Position numbers and translations under genes: made by a program. A stretch of 64,000 nt of DNA from Candidatus Zixiibacteriota bacterium (lineage in GTDB: Bacteria > Zixibacteria > MSB-5A5 > GN15 > JAAZOE01), in NCBI GenBank assembly GCA_043819555.1, contig JBDREQ010000009.1:1-64000 (forward strand), written 5' to 3'. The stretch's first letter is position 1. Each line of letters starts with the position of its first letter. Below the pieces are notes generated by a model that worked only from the letters and a program-made list of their open reading frames with translations, was not told where the DNA came from and ran no database searches. Shown here piece by piece: positions 8,414-18,641 of this stretch.

Positions 8414-10774
8414 ATGCAGCGTTGGTTCATACTTACCCTTTTGTTTATTATTTTTTCAATTTCAAAATTAAGTGCCGCTGAATTAGAATCTGAAAGCAGT
8501 TTAATATTGACTTTACCGGATACATTGATAGGCGCTGAATTTCAACCAATTGCCTTAGATGATATTGATAAGGACGGAACAAAGGATTTAATCGCTGGCG
8601 GCTGTAGGCACAACGGGATAGTAATATTTTTAAACGATAATGAAGGTAATTTAAAATATTCACGTTATCTTTCAGATTTATATTTTAATTTTTATTTGGC
8701 CTGCGTTGGCGATATCGACAACAACGGATATATCGATATTATAGGTATAAAAAATGATGATACTGTTCGAGTTTTACTAAACACAGCAGGCGAATACAAT
8801 CAAATCCTAAATATCCCGGTAAATTATATACCTGATCGCATAGTCTGCGCAGATTTTAATAACGATAATTTCCCCGATATAGCTATCAAGACTAAACGTC
8901 CTGATGGTTGTCTTGCAATAAAAAATCTTGCAGGTATAGATTTTGAGGAGTGGCACTACGTTGAAATTGATTATTCCAGAGGGATAAAACTCATAGATTT
9001 CAATAACGATTCTTTTCTGGATATTATTCTTCAGGAAAGTAGACGATCACATTGGATAGCCAATAATAGTGGCAATGGCTTTCAACCGGCGGATACAAAG
9101 CTACTTCCTCTAGATGGCGATTTTTATTCATGGACTACCATTTCAACAATTGATTTAAATAACGATTCATTTATTGACTTAACCTGGGTAAATGATGATG
9201 GTGATTTGACAGTACACCTAAATGACGGTGGAAACCATTTTAATGATGTCTATCAATACTATCCTACGGGGCTGAATAGCTATTTATTTGACCACACAAT
9301 TCTTGATATAAACGATGATAATAATCAGGAAATTGCCATAACCGATCAAATTGGGAACATTTGTTTATTAGAAAGAACCGTTAGTAACCCATTACAGTAT
9401 TCACAAGTGCAGACAATGCCCAGTATGGACAACCCCTGGTTTATTATGGGTGGGGATGTCGATGGGGATTCACACAATGATATTATTTACGTTGGCGAGG
9501 ATGTAGTGTTAGGAGTATATTTCAATGATGGAAGTGGTGAATATTATTCACCCCAAACCATTCCACTGGTTAATATTCCGAGGGGAATGACAGTAAATGA
9601 TTTTAATAATGATGGTTTTTATGATTTTGCAATCACAAATATGAATAATGTAAATGTTTATCTACATTTGGAAAATAGAAATCTCAGCGAACCATCTGTC
9701 TACCCCCTATATTTAGAGGCAGAAGCAATTACGTCAGGCAATTTTAATGGCGATTCATATCCTGACATTGCAGCATTCCAATCAAGTAATAATTGGATTA
9801 AAATATTACAAAACAATGGAAGTGAACCAATGATATTCACCGACAGTATAAATGTTGGCGGTGTCTATGAATTAGAAGCCGCCGATTTGGATAATGATGG
9901 TGATAGCGACCTTATTGCGATTACTGGCGGTGGTTTTCATATATTTATAAATAATGGTGAAAATGGGTTTATTGTTACTGATACACTGGTAAATGCTCTA
10001 CGAGGTTATTATCATAGGTACACATTCAAGGTAATTGATTTCGATTATGACTCAGACTTGGATATTATTTCACTTTCCAAAGTTAGCGAATTTGATATTT
10101 ATGAAAACCTCGGTAATGGTGAATTTAACATTATACCGGGGCCAAGCAATGATGGTGATTCAAAATGTCTCAATGTCGCCGATATTGACGGTGACAATAA
10201 ATATGAAGTGATAATTGGGAAATACTTAATGCCCCCCAATTTAATGTACAGTCTGGCTATTTATAAATACAATGAGGGCATTGGCTCCTATGAGCAAACG
10301 GCAACCACACCAACGAGATATATAAATAATATTGAAGTTTCCGATTATGATTACGATAGCGACATAGATATATTTATTTCAGCCCCACATGGCATATTCA
10401 TCTTAAAGAACGATGGATTGGGTAATTTTCAAAACTTTGGTACTGTCGGAGCTTACGAATCACCAAAATACACTGTGGCCGTTGATATCGATAATGACCT
10501 GATTATTGATTTAATTGGTTTCGATTCCAGAAGTCCATTCATGATATATGGCAGATTGCATAAGAAAAACTATATTATTGGTGATGCGAATGACGATGGG
10601 AATATAAATGTCGGTGATGCAGTATTTTTAATAAATCATGTTTTCAGAGGAGGGGACGGACCATATCCCACTATTGCTGGCGATGCCAATTGTGATGAAT
10701 CGGTAAATGTTGGAGATGCTGTCTTTTTAATCAATCACGTCTTTAAGGGCGGCCCGGGGCCCGATTGCAATTAA
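8414..10774 (+). CDS. Large secreted FG-GAP/VCBS-repeat (integrin-alpha-like beta-propeller) protein with a C-terminal dockerin-type repeat pair
   Basis: GGAGGA RBS and ATG at 8414 (MQRWFILTLLF… signal peptide). Many D-x-D-x-D-G/N repeats occur (DIDKDGTKDLIAG, DFNNDNFPDIAI, DLDNDGDSDLIAI and others). The C-terminus carries two 22-aa segments, GDANDDGNINVGDAVFLINHVF and GDANCDESVNVGDAVFLINHVF, each an F-hand Ca-binding loop followed by a helix. Confidence 0.8.
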   Translation: MQRWFILTLLFIIFSISKLSAAELESESSLILTLPDTLIGAEFQPIALDDIDKDGTKDLIAGGCRHNGIVIFLNDNEGNLKYSRYLSDLYFNFYLACVGDIDNNGYIDIIGIKNDDTVRVLLNTAGEYNQILNIPVNYIPDRIVCADFNNDNFPDIAIKTKRPDGCLAIKNLAGIDFEEWHYVEIDYSRGIKLIDFNNDSFLDIILQESRRSHWIANNSGNGFQPADTKLLPLDGDFYSWTTISTIDLNNDSFIDLTWVNDDGDLTVHLNDGGNHFNDVYQYYPTGLNSYLFDHTILDINDDNNQEIAITDQIGNICLLERTVSNPLQYSQVQTMPSMDNPWFIMGGDVDGDSHNDIIYVGEDVVLGVYFNDGSGEYYSPQTIPLVNIPRGMTVNDFNNDGFYDFAITNMNNVNVYLHLENRNLSEPSVYPLYLEAEAITSGNFNGDSYPDIAAFQSSNNWIKILQNNGSEPMIFTDSINVGGVYELEAADLDNDGDSDLIAITGGGFHIFINNGENGFIVTDTLVNALRGYYHRYTFKVIDFDYDSDLDIISLSKVSEFDIYENLGNGEFNIIPGPSNDGDSKCLNVADIDGDNKYEVIIGKYLMPPNLMYSLAIYKYNEGIGSYEQTATTPTRYINNIEVSDYDYDSDIDIFISAPHGIFILKNDGLGNFQNFGTVGAYESPKYTVAVDIDNDLIIDLIGFDSRSPFMIYGRLHKKNYIIGDANDDGNINVGDAVFLINHVFRGGDGPYPTIAGDANCDESVNVGDAVFLINHVFKGGPGPDCN

Positions 10775-10829
10775 TAAAATAGCCGCCCGAAATTTCAGGC
10801 GGCTATCAATAATTTATAAACAAATCATT

Positions 10830-13352
10830 CTAAACGTCGAGTTCTTCCTGATTTCCGTTTTCCTCTTTATTGCCGTTGTCATCATTGTTGCTGTTGTTAT
10901 TACCATTGCCATTTTCGGCCAGTTTTTTGTGGCTGCCAAAGACGACCGCGACATCGATCAATTTATCGCCGCCTTTGAGGGAAATCATTCGCACGCCTTG
11001 AGTATTGCGACCTATCGTCTTGACTGATTGCACCGCCATGCGGTTGGCGATACCTCGTTTGGTCATCATGATCAGCTCGTCGTCGTCGAGAACTTCCCTG
11101 ACCGCGACGACATTGCCATTGCGCTCGCTGCATTTGATATTGATGATACCCTTCCCGCCTCGGTTGGTAACACGATAGCCAGCCACGCTGGTGCGCTTGC
11201 CGTACCCGTTCTCGGTTACGACCAGAATGGTCGAATCGCGCTTGATGACAACCATGCCGACAACCTCATCGTCTTTGCCAAGTTTGATAGCCTTGACACC
11301 GGCGGCGGTGCGACCCATTGACCGGACTTTATCTTCGGGGAACCGGATTGCCTGGCCTTTGCGAGTACCGAGCAGGATATCGTTGGTTCCGTCGGTAATG
11401 GCACAGTGAATAAGTTCATCACCTTTGCCGAGTGTAATGGCATTAATGCCCGTGACGCGCGGATTGGAATATGAATCCAGCGAAGTTTTCTTGATGACAC
11501 CGCTGCGGGTGGCCATGATAATAAATTTATCCGGAGAAAATTCTCTTACGCGCGTAAAGGTCGAGATTCTTTCGTCCGGCGATAATTGCAGCATATTGAC
11601 AATCGGCCGACCCTTGGCCAGTCGGCCGCCTCGAGGTATTTCATGCACCTTGACCCAATAGCATCTTCCGATTGTGCTGCAAAACAGGATATATTGGTGC
11701 GATGAGGCAATAAAAACATGTTCGGCAAAATCTTCTTCTTTGGTATCCATGCCAATGACGCCTACGCCGCCCCGATTTTGCCTGCGGTAAGCGGATACTG
11801 AAAGTGATTTGATATACCCGGCATGGGTGATGGTAATGACCATTTCTTCATCAGCGATCAAATCCTCAATAGTCAGATCTTCAGTCTCGTCGATAATCTC
11901 AGTCTGCCTGTCATCGCCATACTTCGTTTTGAGATCTTTGACTTCATCGCGGATGATGCGCATTCGCCGTTGTTTGGAACCCAGAATAGATTTGTATTCT
12001 TCAATTCTTTTTATGGTTTCCAGATACTCATTTTCGATTTTCTCGCGCTCCAGCCCGGTTAATTTCTGCAGCCGCATTTCGAGAATGGCATTGGCCTGAA
12101 TCTCGGATAAGTTAAATTTCTTAACCAAACCTTCCCGGGCATCGGGAATCGACTTTGATTTTTTAATCAGAGCGATTACGGCATCGATATTATCCAGAGC
12201 AATCTTATATCCCTCGAGTATATGAGCGCGCGCTTCGGCCTTACGCAAATCGTGTTCGGTGCGCCTGACGACGACTTCATGGCGATGTTCAATGTATAAT
12301 GCCAAAAGATTTTTCAGAGACAGTAGTTTTGGAACGCCTTTATCCAGAACCAGATTAATCATCGAGAAGGTTGTTTGCAGATTGGTATGGCTGTAAAGCT
12401 GATTAAGTACGATTTCGGGTTGGGCGTCGCGTTTTAATTCCACGACAATTCGCAAACCGTCTCGGTCAGATTCATCGCGCAGGTCGGAAATGCCGACCAG
12501 TTTCTTATCCCGCACCAGATCGGCTATGCGCATTAAAAGACCGGATTTATTAACCTGAAACGGTATCTCAGTGATGACAATAAACTCTTTACCGTTTTTT
12601 TGTTTTTCCGTTACGGCGCGGGCCCGCAGAGTGATTTTTCCACGGCCCGTTTTATACGCCTCCCTGATGCCTGCCCGCCCATATATAATCCCGCTGGTAG
12701 GAAAATCCGGTCCGGGGACTATTTCCATAAGAGCTTCGTTGGCAACTTCGGGATCTTCAATTATAGCGTTTATTGCATCGCATATCTCGGTCAAATTATG
12801 AGGCGCGATGCTTGTCGCCATGCCAACCGCGATGCCGGTGGTACCGTTGCAAATCAGATTGGGGAACCGTCCCGGCAAAACCGTCGGCTCCTGCAGAGTG
12901 CCGTCATAGTTGGGTATGAAATTAACGGTTTCTTTTTCGATATCGACCATCATCTCCATCGCAATCGGAGTCAGCCGAGCTTCGGTGTATCGCATGGCCG
13001 CGGCGCCATCGCCATCGATGGAACCAAAGTTGCCCTGTCCATCAACTAACGGATAACGCATGTTGAAATCCTGGGCCATGCGAACCAGTGTCGGATAAAC
13101 AACCTGCTCGCCGTGCGGATGATAATTACCGGATGTATCACCGGCAATCTTGGCGCATTTTCTATGAGGCCGTCCGGGAGAAAGATTCAATTCCTGCATA
13201 GCCATAAGGATGCGGCGATTGGATGGTTTCAGGCCGTCGCGGACATCCGGCAAGGCTCGATTGGTAATGACTGACATGGAATAATCGAGGTATGAGTTTT
13301 TCATTTCCTCTTCGAGGAAAATCGGGACAATTTTCTGATGCTGCAAATCCAT
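10830..13352 (-). CDS. gyrA: DNA gyrase subunit A with a low-complexity N/G/E-rich C-terminal tail
   Basis: …[36 protein letters not shown]… is the GyrA N-terminal signature. The CTD beta-pinwheel repeats are present. The last ~45 aa are [24 protein letters not shown]. Confidence 0.95.
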   Translation of the reverse strand: MDLQHQKIVPIFLEEEMKNSYLDYSMSVITNRALPDVRDGLKPSNRRILMAMQELNLSPGRPHRKCAKIAGDTSGNYHPHGEQVVYPTLVRMAQDFNMRYPLVDGQGNFGSIDGDGAAAMRYTEARLTPIAMEMMVDIEKETVNFIPNYDGTLQEPTVLPGRFPNLICNGTTGIAVGMATSIAPHNLTEICDAINAIIEDPEVANEALMEIVPGPDFPTSGIIYGRAGIREAYKTGRGKITLRARAVTEKQKNGKEFIVITEIPFQVNKSGLLMRIADLVRDKKLVGISDLRDESDRDGLRIVVELKRDAQPEIVLNQLYSHTNLQTTFSMINLVLDKGVPKLLSLKNLLALYIEHRHEVVVRRTEHDLRKAEARAHILEGYKIALDNIDAVIALIKKSKSIPDAREGLVKKFNLSEIQANAILEMRLQKLTGLEREKIENEYLETIKRIEEYKSILGSKQRRMRIIRDEVKDLKTKYGDDRQTEIIDETEDLTIEDLIADEEMVITITHAGYIKSLSVSAYRRQNRGGVGVIGMDTKEEDFAEHVFIASSHQYILFCSTIGRCYWVKVHEIPRGGRLAKGRPIVNMLQLSPDERISTFTRVREFSPDKFIIMATRSGVIKKTSLDSYSNPRVTGINAITLGKGDELIHCAITDGTNDILLGTRKGQAIRFPEDKVRSMGRTAAGVKAIKLGKDDEVVGMVVIKRDSTILVVTENGYGKRTSVAGYRVTNRGGKGIINIKCSERNGNVVAVREVLDDDELIMMTKRGIANRMAVQSVKTIGRNTQGVRMISLKGGDKLIDVAVVFGSHKKLAENGNGNNNSNNDDNGNKEENGNQEELDV

Positions 13353-13529
13353 ATTACTACTTATCTCTCTTTATCAAAACAGGTTACACCGATTAGAACG
13401 GTTTATTATAGACTTTTATAATACTGATTTTCAACGCAAAAGGCAATCACTGAATAACTGATTTATAATTTTTTTGCCTCGCCTATCTCAATAGTAGTTC
13501 ACAAGTTACCGGCTATTTAAAATTAGTTT

Positions 13530-13559
13530 TTGAATTTTGCGATTGATTTTTGGTATATT
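13530..13559 (+). promoter_or_regulatory. Candidate sigma70-type promoter (TTGAAT-N18-TATATT) for the 13578 gene
   Basis: Hexamers read directly from the sequence at 13530-13535 and 13554-13559. Relevance depends on this phylum using sigma70-like consensus. Confidence 0.3.
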
Positions 13560-13577
13560 GTTTGGAATGGAGGAATT

Positions 13578-14087
13578 ATGTCCGCAGTTACACCCGCTGT
13601 AACCGGCGGCGCGATAGCCGCGATTGCAGCCGCTAAACGAGCTGAGATGCTCCGCAAGGAGGAAGAAATAATGGCTAACTATAATTCAGATGATCTGAAG
13701 GATTGGGAATTTAAAATTGTCAGAGCGAACACGGAGTATTTCAGAAAACCGGATAACCTGAGAAAAGTAATTGAGGAAGAAGCCAAGTCAGGTTGGGAAC
13801 TGGTGGAGAAATTCGATAATAACAGGGTCCGATTCAAAAGGCGTATCGATGAACGTAAGAACGATCAGTTCCGCGAAGCCGATCCATATCGTACGAATGT
13901 CGGAATTGCTGGCGGAGCGTTAGCCGTAAGTATTCTGGGTATTGTATTCCTTGCGTTAGGAATACTTTTTCTAATTATCTTTTCGGCCAAAGGCGAAATC
14001 GATATCGGCATGCCGGTAGTAATCATTGGAATAGTCGCCATAATGGCTATCGTAGGAATTATCGTGGCGGTGAATAAAAAGAAATAA
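13578..14087 (+). CDS. Hypothetical membrane protein (soluble N-terminal domain plus two C-terminal TM helices)
   Basis: GGAGGA RBS 6 nt before ATG at 13578. The C-terminus is strongly hydrophobic (IAGGALAVSILGIVFLALGILFLIIF…VVIIGIVAIMAIVGIIVAV). Confidence 0.55.
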   Translation: MSAVTPAVTGGAIAAIAAAKRAEMLRKEEEIMANYNSDDLKDWEFKIVRANTEYFRKPDNLRKVIEEEAKSGWELVEKFDNNRVRFKRRIDERKNDQFREADPYRTNVGIAGGALAVSILGIVFLALGILFLIIFSAKGEIDIGMPVVIIGIVAIMAIVGIIVAVNKKK

Positions 14088-14130
14088 ATGAGGCGGCAGG
14101 CATTTTTGATTTAAAAATTAAAATTTGATA

Positions 14131-14295
14131 GCGAGTAGGACTGTCCGGTCCTTAGCCACGTGGTGAGCCGACAGTATCAAAATCAAGTGCAGCGACAACC
14201 CTCGGGTTGTCGTTTATGGATTGATTACTGTCAGGTCACACGCCTCCTCCGTCGGCGCAAGACCTGACAGAACGAATAATAAATGACTACTCGCC
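14131..14295. ncRNA. Candidate structured small RNA (~165 nt) in a convergent intergenic region
   Basis: 8-bp long-range closing helix GCGAGTAG(14131-14138)/CTACTCGC(14288-14295). It encloses three local hairpins: AGGAC-TGTCCG-GTCCT; CGACAACC-CTCG-GGTTGTCG followed by TTTAT; and GTCAGGTC-N23-GACCTGAC. No family assigned. Confidence 0.25.
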
Positions 14296-14339
14296 TTTTA
14301 TGCAAGTGTCAAGTCTTATCCGTCCTGCCACAAATAAAT

Positions 14340-17300
14340 CTACCCCACCCCAATCTCACCCAGTGCCTTTTTCAGGTACTTCAATCTGTCTTTGGAGTTT
14401 ACAGATGACAAATCAACCGTGAAATTGAAGTTGCCGGTCATTGAAAATTCGACCGGGGCGTCGATGGCCTTTCGAATCTGTTCGATGAACCGTCGGTTGA
14501 CTTCAAGCGATGGCGGAAATTCGATTTTGATTCTGAGGTTATTGACGATGATGCGCTCGACTCCGCTAATCGCCGCCGATAATCGAAGAGCAGTCGCGTC
14601 AAAAAACTCTTCGGCCTTGGAGGGCAGTTTACCAAAGCGATCTTCGACCTCTTCCCTGATTTTTTCAATCTGATCAAGCTTAACACAATCGGCAAGACGC
14701 CGATAAATATCGACTTTCTGCTGTTTGATATTGACGTAATCGTCGGGCAGATACAAATCGAGTTTGCCTTCCAGTTTGGTATCGGGCAGACGTTCGATTT
14801 TTTCGCCTTTCAGTTCAGCGACTGCTTCTTCTAAAAGTTTTGTATATAAATCAAACCCGATATCCTCGATGAAACCCGATTGTTTTTTACCAAGTATTTG
14901 TCCGGCGCCGCGGATTTCCAAATCGCGCATCGCCAGCGCGAACCCCGAACCGAGATCGCTGTGAGCTTCGATGGCTCGCATCCGTTTGCGGGCATCGTTT
15001 GACATCAGGCGATACGGAGGAGTAACAAGATAAGCGTAAGCGGGCCGGGGCGAACGCCCAACTCGTCCTCGAAGCTGATACAACTGCGCCAAACCAAATC
15101 GGTCGGCCCGGTTTATGATAATAGTATTGACCCGTGGGATATCGAGACCCGATTCGATAATCGAAGTGCACAGAAGAACCTGAAACCGTCCCGCCAGAAA
15201 CGCCAGCATGATCCCTTCCAATTCCCTCTCGTGCATCTGGCCGTGTGCGACGGCAATTTCTACCTGAGGTAAAAACTTTTTAAGATATCGGTACATCGCT
15301 TCAATTGTCTGAACGCGATTGTGCACAAAATAAACCTGGCCGTCGCGGTCGATTTCACGCAGAATCGATTCGGCAATAAGTTGTGGATTGAATTCAATAA
15401 TCTCGGTTTGAATCGGAAGACGGTCTCGCGGCGAAGTATTGATCAGCGACATATCTCGCGCACCCATCATCGATAGCTGAAGCGTGCGCGGAATTGGCGT
15501 TGCCGTCAGCGTAATAGTATCGACGCTTTGTTTGAGCTTGCGCAGTTTTTCCTTATGGGCCACGCCAAAACGCTGTTCCTCGTCAACAACCAAAAGCCCC
15601 AGATCAGCAAAAAAGATATCTTTTGACAAAAGGCGATGCGTGCCAATAACGATATCGACTTTGCCGGATGCGACATCCTCGATAATCGCTTTCTGCTCCT
15701 TTTTAGTTTTGAAGCGAGAGAGTATCTCAATCCTCATTGGGAATTCTTTGAAACGCGATGAAAAAGTGCTGGAATGCTGCTGAGCTAAAATCGTAGTCGG
15801 TACAAGGACGGCAACCTGCTTGCCGTTTTCAACCGCTTTGAAAGCGGCTCGCACGGCCACTTCGGTTTTGCCATATCCGACATCGCCGCAGACGAGACGG
15901 TCGGCCGGGTTTTCAGTCTCCATATCGCGCTTGACATCGTTGATAGTTTTCATCTGGTCGGGAGTTTCTTCGTATTCGAATGAGGCTTCGAGTTGCTTTT
16001 GCCAGACGGTATCCACATCGAATTTGAATCCTGGTTTCAATTTCCGCTCGGCATACAGTTTGAGAAGTTCCTCAGCCATATTGGCCAGCGCCTGTTTGGT
16101 TCTCTTTTTAATTTTTTCCCACGATGGCGAACCGAGGCTGGTCAATTTTGGTTTGGCGTCTTTACCGGCGTATTTGGAAACCCGGTTGAATTCTTCAATC
16201 GGGACGTACAGCTTGTCGCCGTCTTTGTAATTCAAAAGCAGGCAATCACGCGTGCGGCCGTCGACCGTGATTGATTCCAGTTTGGAAAAGCGTGCCAGGC
16301 CATAATCGGCATGGACTACTATATCCCCTGGATTTAGATTGGAGTATGACGTCAGGGCGACGCCTTCTTTATAGCGGCGGCGTTTGATGCGGCGGAAACG
16401 GCGCGAAAATATCTGATGGTCGGTCAGAAGCGCTATTTTCAATTCATCCGAAACGAATCCGGCATGGATGTGAAAGACTTCGACGGGTATATGGATGTTT
16501 TTTTCACCCAAAATTTCGGACAATCGTTCGGCCTGGCCTTTATTATCGCAGGTGATAACTGTTTGGTATCCTTGCAATTTATATTTTTCGGTGACTTCCG
16601 AAAGATAGTCGAGGCGGCTGCCGATTGCCGGATGATCGGCGCATCCAAAATCATATCGTGCGTTTTCTTTGGAACGGAAGGGATGGATAATGCAGCATAC
16701 ATTTTTTGTCAGGCGATGATATTGCGCTTCGGGCGTATAATAATAAGTATCGATATCGGGAGGCTTAATAAGTCGAGTTTTCGCCTTTTCATAATGTTCC
16801 GATCCGGCCTCATAGGCATCATTCATTTCACCCAGAAGAGCATTGCCGCCGTCAAGGATTACCAGAGTATCATCTTTTAGATAATCAAGAAGAGAGCTGC
16901 GTGCCATTCCGAAAGCGGCTGCCAGCCATTCCAATCCGGGTAAATCCGGCTCAGACAAAAATCGGGCTCGGATCAGGTCGGCGTCCTTTGCGTGAAGTTT
17001 TTCGAGGTGGTCCTCAATTGTTTCGGCCCGGATGGGAACTTCACGACGGGGTAATAAATCTATGGCATCGAATTTCTCGACCGTCCGCTGACCGCGAACA
17101 TCGAAATGACGAAGCGACTCGATCTCATCGCCAAAAAACTCCGCCCGGATAGGCAATTCATGCGACGGCGAAAAGAAATCAATAAGTCCCCCGCGAATGG
17201 CAAAATCGCCGACTTCCTCGACCGTATCGACGCGGCTAAAGCCGAGAGTGAGGAGGCGCATCGCCAGGTCATTCGGATCGAGTTCAAGCCCGACACGAAG

Positions 17301-17816
17301 ATGGAGCGATTCGGCCTCAAAAGCTTCTTTGGCTATGGTCGGTTCAATAATAGCCGGAGCGGTCGCAACAATGATTGATTTATGATTATTGCTCAGCGCT
17401 GACAAAGCCGATAGCCTGCGGCCGGTTATCTCGCCCGAAGGCGAGCGAAATTCATATGGAGGAATCTGACGGCCGGGGAAAAATTCAACGGAATCTTCGC
17501 CAATGAGATTAATCAAATCATCGTTAATGTTTTGTGCTTCATCAAAAGTGGAAGTCACATACAGGATATTGCCGGGCACATTGTCAAACAGTCCGGCCAA
17601 AAGATAAGCGGTTCCTCCTCCGGCCAAACCGGTTAAGTTTATGTGGTAATTATCCGTGACAGGCGCATCATTATCGTGATTTTCAATGGCATCTATTATC
17701 TCATCTTCTAGCAGTGAGAATCTATCGGATTGTGAAAATATCTTTTTGAAAAGAAACGGCAGAGTTCTTTTGGTCATTGTTGTTTCCATCGTATTTAAAA
17801 CCACAAAAAGCCCCAT
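14340..17816 (-). CDS. mfd: Transcription-repair coupling factor Mfd
   Basis: 1158 aa with a UvrB-homology N-terminus, a DEAD/DEAH helicase core (GDVGYGKTEVA, DEEQRFG) and a C-terminal TRCF domain. Confidence 0.95.
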   Translation of the reverse strand: MGLFVVLNTMETTMTKRTLPFLFKKIFSQSDRFSLLEDEIIDAIENHDNDAPVTDNYHINLTGLAGGGTAYLLAGLFDNVPGNILYVTSTFDEAQNINDDLINLIGEDSVEFFPGRQIPPYEFRSPSGEITGRRLSALSALSNNHKSIIVATAPAIIEPTIAKEAFEAESLHLRVGLELDPNDLAMRLLTLGFSRVDTVEEVGDFAIRGGLIDFFSPSHELPIRAEFFGDEIESLRHFDVRGQRTVEKFDAIDLLPRREVPIRAETIEDHLEKLHAKDADLIRARFLSEPDLPGLEWLAAAFGMARSSLLDYLKDDTLVILDGGNALLGEMNDAYEAGSEHYEKAKTRLIKPPDIDTYYYTPEAQYHRLTKNVCCIIHPFRSKENARYDFGCADHPAIGSRLDYLSEVTEKYKLQGYQTVITCDNKGQAERLSEILGEKNIHIPVEVFHIHAGFVSDELKIALLTDHQIFSRRFRRIKRRRYKEGVALTSYSNLNPGDIVVHADYGLARFSKLESITVDGRTRDCLLLNYKDGDKLYVPIEEFNRVSKYAGKDAKPKLTSLGSPSWEKIKKRTKQALANMAEELLKLYAERKLKPGFKFDVDTVWQKQLEASFEYEETPDQMKTINDVKRDMETENPADRLVCGDVGYGKTEVAVRAAFKAVENGKQVAVLVPTTILAQQHSSTFSSRFKEFPMRIEILSRFKTKKEQKAIIEDVASGKVDIVIGTHRLLSKDIFFADLGLLVVDEEQRFGVAHKEKLRKLKQSVDTITLTATPIPRTLQLSMMGARDMSLINTSPRDRLPIQTEIIEFNPQLIAESILREIDRDGQVYFVHNRVQTIEAMYRYLKKFLPQVEIAVAHGQMHERELEGIMLAFLAGRFQVLLCTSIIESGLDIPRVNTIIINRADRFGLAQLYQLRGRVGRSPRPAYAYLVTPPYRLMSNDARKRMRAIEAHSDLGSGFALAMRDLEIRGAGQILGKKQSGFIEDIGFDLYTKLLEEAVAELKGEKIERLPDTKLEGKLDLYLPDDYVNIKQQKVDIYRRLADCVKLDQIEKIREEVEDRFGKLPSKAEEFFDATALRLSAAISGVERIIVNNLRIKIEFPPSLEVNRRFIEQIRKAIDAPVEFSMTGNFNFTVDLSSVNSKDRLKYLKKALGEIGVG

Positions 17817-17886
17817 CCGAAAAATCGGCGGGGTGTGTCGTTTTCTTTTATTGTCGGTCTAATATATAGAATTTTGAGATGGTGTA

Positions 17887-18018
17887 AAGTTGTTTTTATC
17901 GAAGCCGCGATTATTTATCCCGCATCGCCAGATTGTCGAAACCGCAGGGGATTCGACCTCAAGTTAAGGGATGGTCGAAACAAACGGTAAAGACCGTGAA
18001 AATAAAAAAACTTTACAG
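17887..18018 (+). ncRNA. Candidate structured leader or ncRNA upstream of the nfeD-flotillin operon
   Basis: 9-bp closing helix TGTAAAGTT(17887-17895)/AACTTTACA(18010-18018). It encloses hairpins GCGAT-N12-ATCGC, GTCGAA-N11-TTCGAC and CGGT-AAAGA-CCG. Confidence 0.2.
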
Positions 18019-18084
18019 TGGTATTTGAATTATTTACCCTGATGGGGGTAAATCAAATAGCAATACGCGCATTAATCAGGGGAG

Positions 18085-18609
18085 GTGAACGACGTGTTGA
18101 TTTTTGCCACTATCTTCGGTATCGGATTTTTAATCCTGATACTAAGTTTATTGTTTGGCCATGACCATGATATTGACGCCGATGCTTCGGGGGACCTGGA
18201 TTCGGCTGATCATCCCAGCGTTTTCAGCGTTAAGGTTGTGGCGCTGTTTATGGTTGGATTCGGCTCGGTTGGATTTGGACTTAGGACTACGACCGATTGG
18301 ACGATGATCGCTTCGTCTATGGGAGGAGTCGCCGGCGCTATAGTTGTCGCGGGAATCGGATATGTAATCATCAGGGCTTTTTATGCCAGCTCGGAATCAT
18401 CGACGATAAATGATCGGGATGTTATTGGTCAGACGGCCAATGTGATTGACGCTATCGATGGGAATAATTACGGCCAGATCACATGCATCGTTCGAGGCCG
18501 CGAAATAACCTTTCTGGCTCGAACAGATGATGGTGAAGTGATTGCGCGCGGAGCACCAGTTAAAATAGTAAGCAAATCCGGCAACGTTGTTTCGGTTTCA
18601 AGAATATAA
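18085..18609 (+). CDS. NfeD-family membrane protein (short form, OB-fold C-terminus), partner of flotillin
   Basis: Hydrophobic N-terminal segments and a C-terminal beta-rich domain (…GQITCIVRGREITFLARTDDGEVIARGAPVKIVSKSGNVVSV). It sits immediately upstream of an SPFH gene, the conserved NfeD-SPFH arrangement. Confidence 0.75.
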   Translation: MNDVLIFATIFGIGFLILILSLLFGHDHDIDADASGDLDSADHPSVFSVKVVALFMVGFGSVGFGLRTTTDWTMIASSMGGVAGAIVVAGIGYVIIRAFYASSESSTINDRDVIGQTANVIDAIDGNNYGQITCIVRGREITFLARTDDGEVIARGAPVKIVSKSGNVVSVSRI

Positions 18610-18641
18610 ATGACGCAAAATAAGCAGGAGGTTGAATAATC

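Noticed and set aside
11028-12099. Several 70-100-aa ORFs on the plus strand inside gyrA, and similar ones inside mfd (14392..17385) and lon/nnr
   Set aside because: They are antisense to strongly supported long genes and have no motifs. These are typical spurious ORFs in GC-richer coding DNA.
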